A stretch of 63,406 nucleotides of DNA, counting the filler, from Phoronis australis (Eukaryota; Animalia; Phoronida): the NCBI GenBank assembly GCA_002633005.1. It is 3 parts of 3 records of this genome, joined end to end, with 100 filler letters (N's around TTAATTAATTAA, not from the genome) between each part and the next. Parts side by side here need not be neighbours in the genome. Positions count along the whole stretch, not along the records: positions 45,043 to 63,406 come from NMRA01000077.1; 2 more parts are not named here. One strand, given 5' to 3'. Position numbers and translations under genes: made by a program. Under the pieces are notes generated by a model, which saw only the letters and a program-made list of their open reading frames with translations, was not told the DNA's origin and did not search any database. Shown here in pieces: positions 62,901 through 63,406 of the stretch (its first letter is position 1; each line of letters starts with the position of its first letter).

Positions 62901-63406
62901 CTGCGGGTTCAAGGGTTAAGGTCAACGTCATAGACTACCCCCCAATTTTCCAACTTTAGTCCTCTGCCGTGACCTTATTAGGGCTCACCAGAAGTGGCGA
63001 ATTGCGTTTTTGGAGTCAGTAAGTAAAAGGCTATCCAACGATGAAAGAAGTTTTGAAATCGGGGGTCAAAAAAATTTTAGGCGGTAAAAGGGTCTCAAAA
63101 TAAGGTCTTTCAACTTTGATCTTGCCTTGTGACCTCATTAATGATCCAATCGAACTCAAGCTTTCAGGTTATTGGAGATGAAGATATGACTTCGAAAAAC
63201 CGTAGTTCATCTTGGCACAACTTTTCTGATATTGTGAAGGGGGTATGTGAGTTTGGGGCACTTCTGGGCCCTTACTAAGGCCAAGAAAAGTATGATACCT
63301 ACATTTGTAGAGGTGGGAAACAATGGGCTATTAGATGCACAAAGAATTTTTAAAATCAAAGACAAAAAGGTTTTCGACCAAAAAAAAAACCTAGGCCTAT
63401 AGTCCA

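Overview
AT-rich animal (probably invertebrate) genomic DNA. It consists of three contigs joined by artificial 100-bp spacers (44 N + TTAATTAATTAA + 44 N, at 17605-17704 and 44943-45042). The only recognisable host gene is the 3' end of ANKAR (ankyrin and armadillo repeat protein, + strand). It has four well-supported exons (47645-47803, 48733-48850, 50661-50967, 52400-52452) and a probable terminal exon (58437-58576). Most of the rest is nested, mostly non-autonomous DNA transposons: CAG-ended hAT-like elements with 5-6 bp rather than 8-bp TSDs, CCGTA/TA Tc2-type elements with HIRAN-like remnants, TTAA Kolobok elements with THAP remnants, Helentron/HINE-type elements, and a Penelope GIY-YIG remnant. 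There are also many minisatellites. The most striking structure is a perfect array of 29 copies of a 30-bp palindromic mini-element, each separated and flanked by the same 5-bp target sequence (10295-11314). It lies inside a long decayed minus-strand coding region with a hAT transposase fragment at one end and an OTU-protease-like remnant at the other. All family assignments come from reading the sequence by eye and from recalled consensus motifs; no searches were run.
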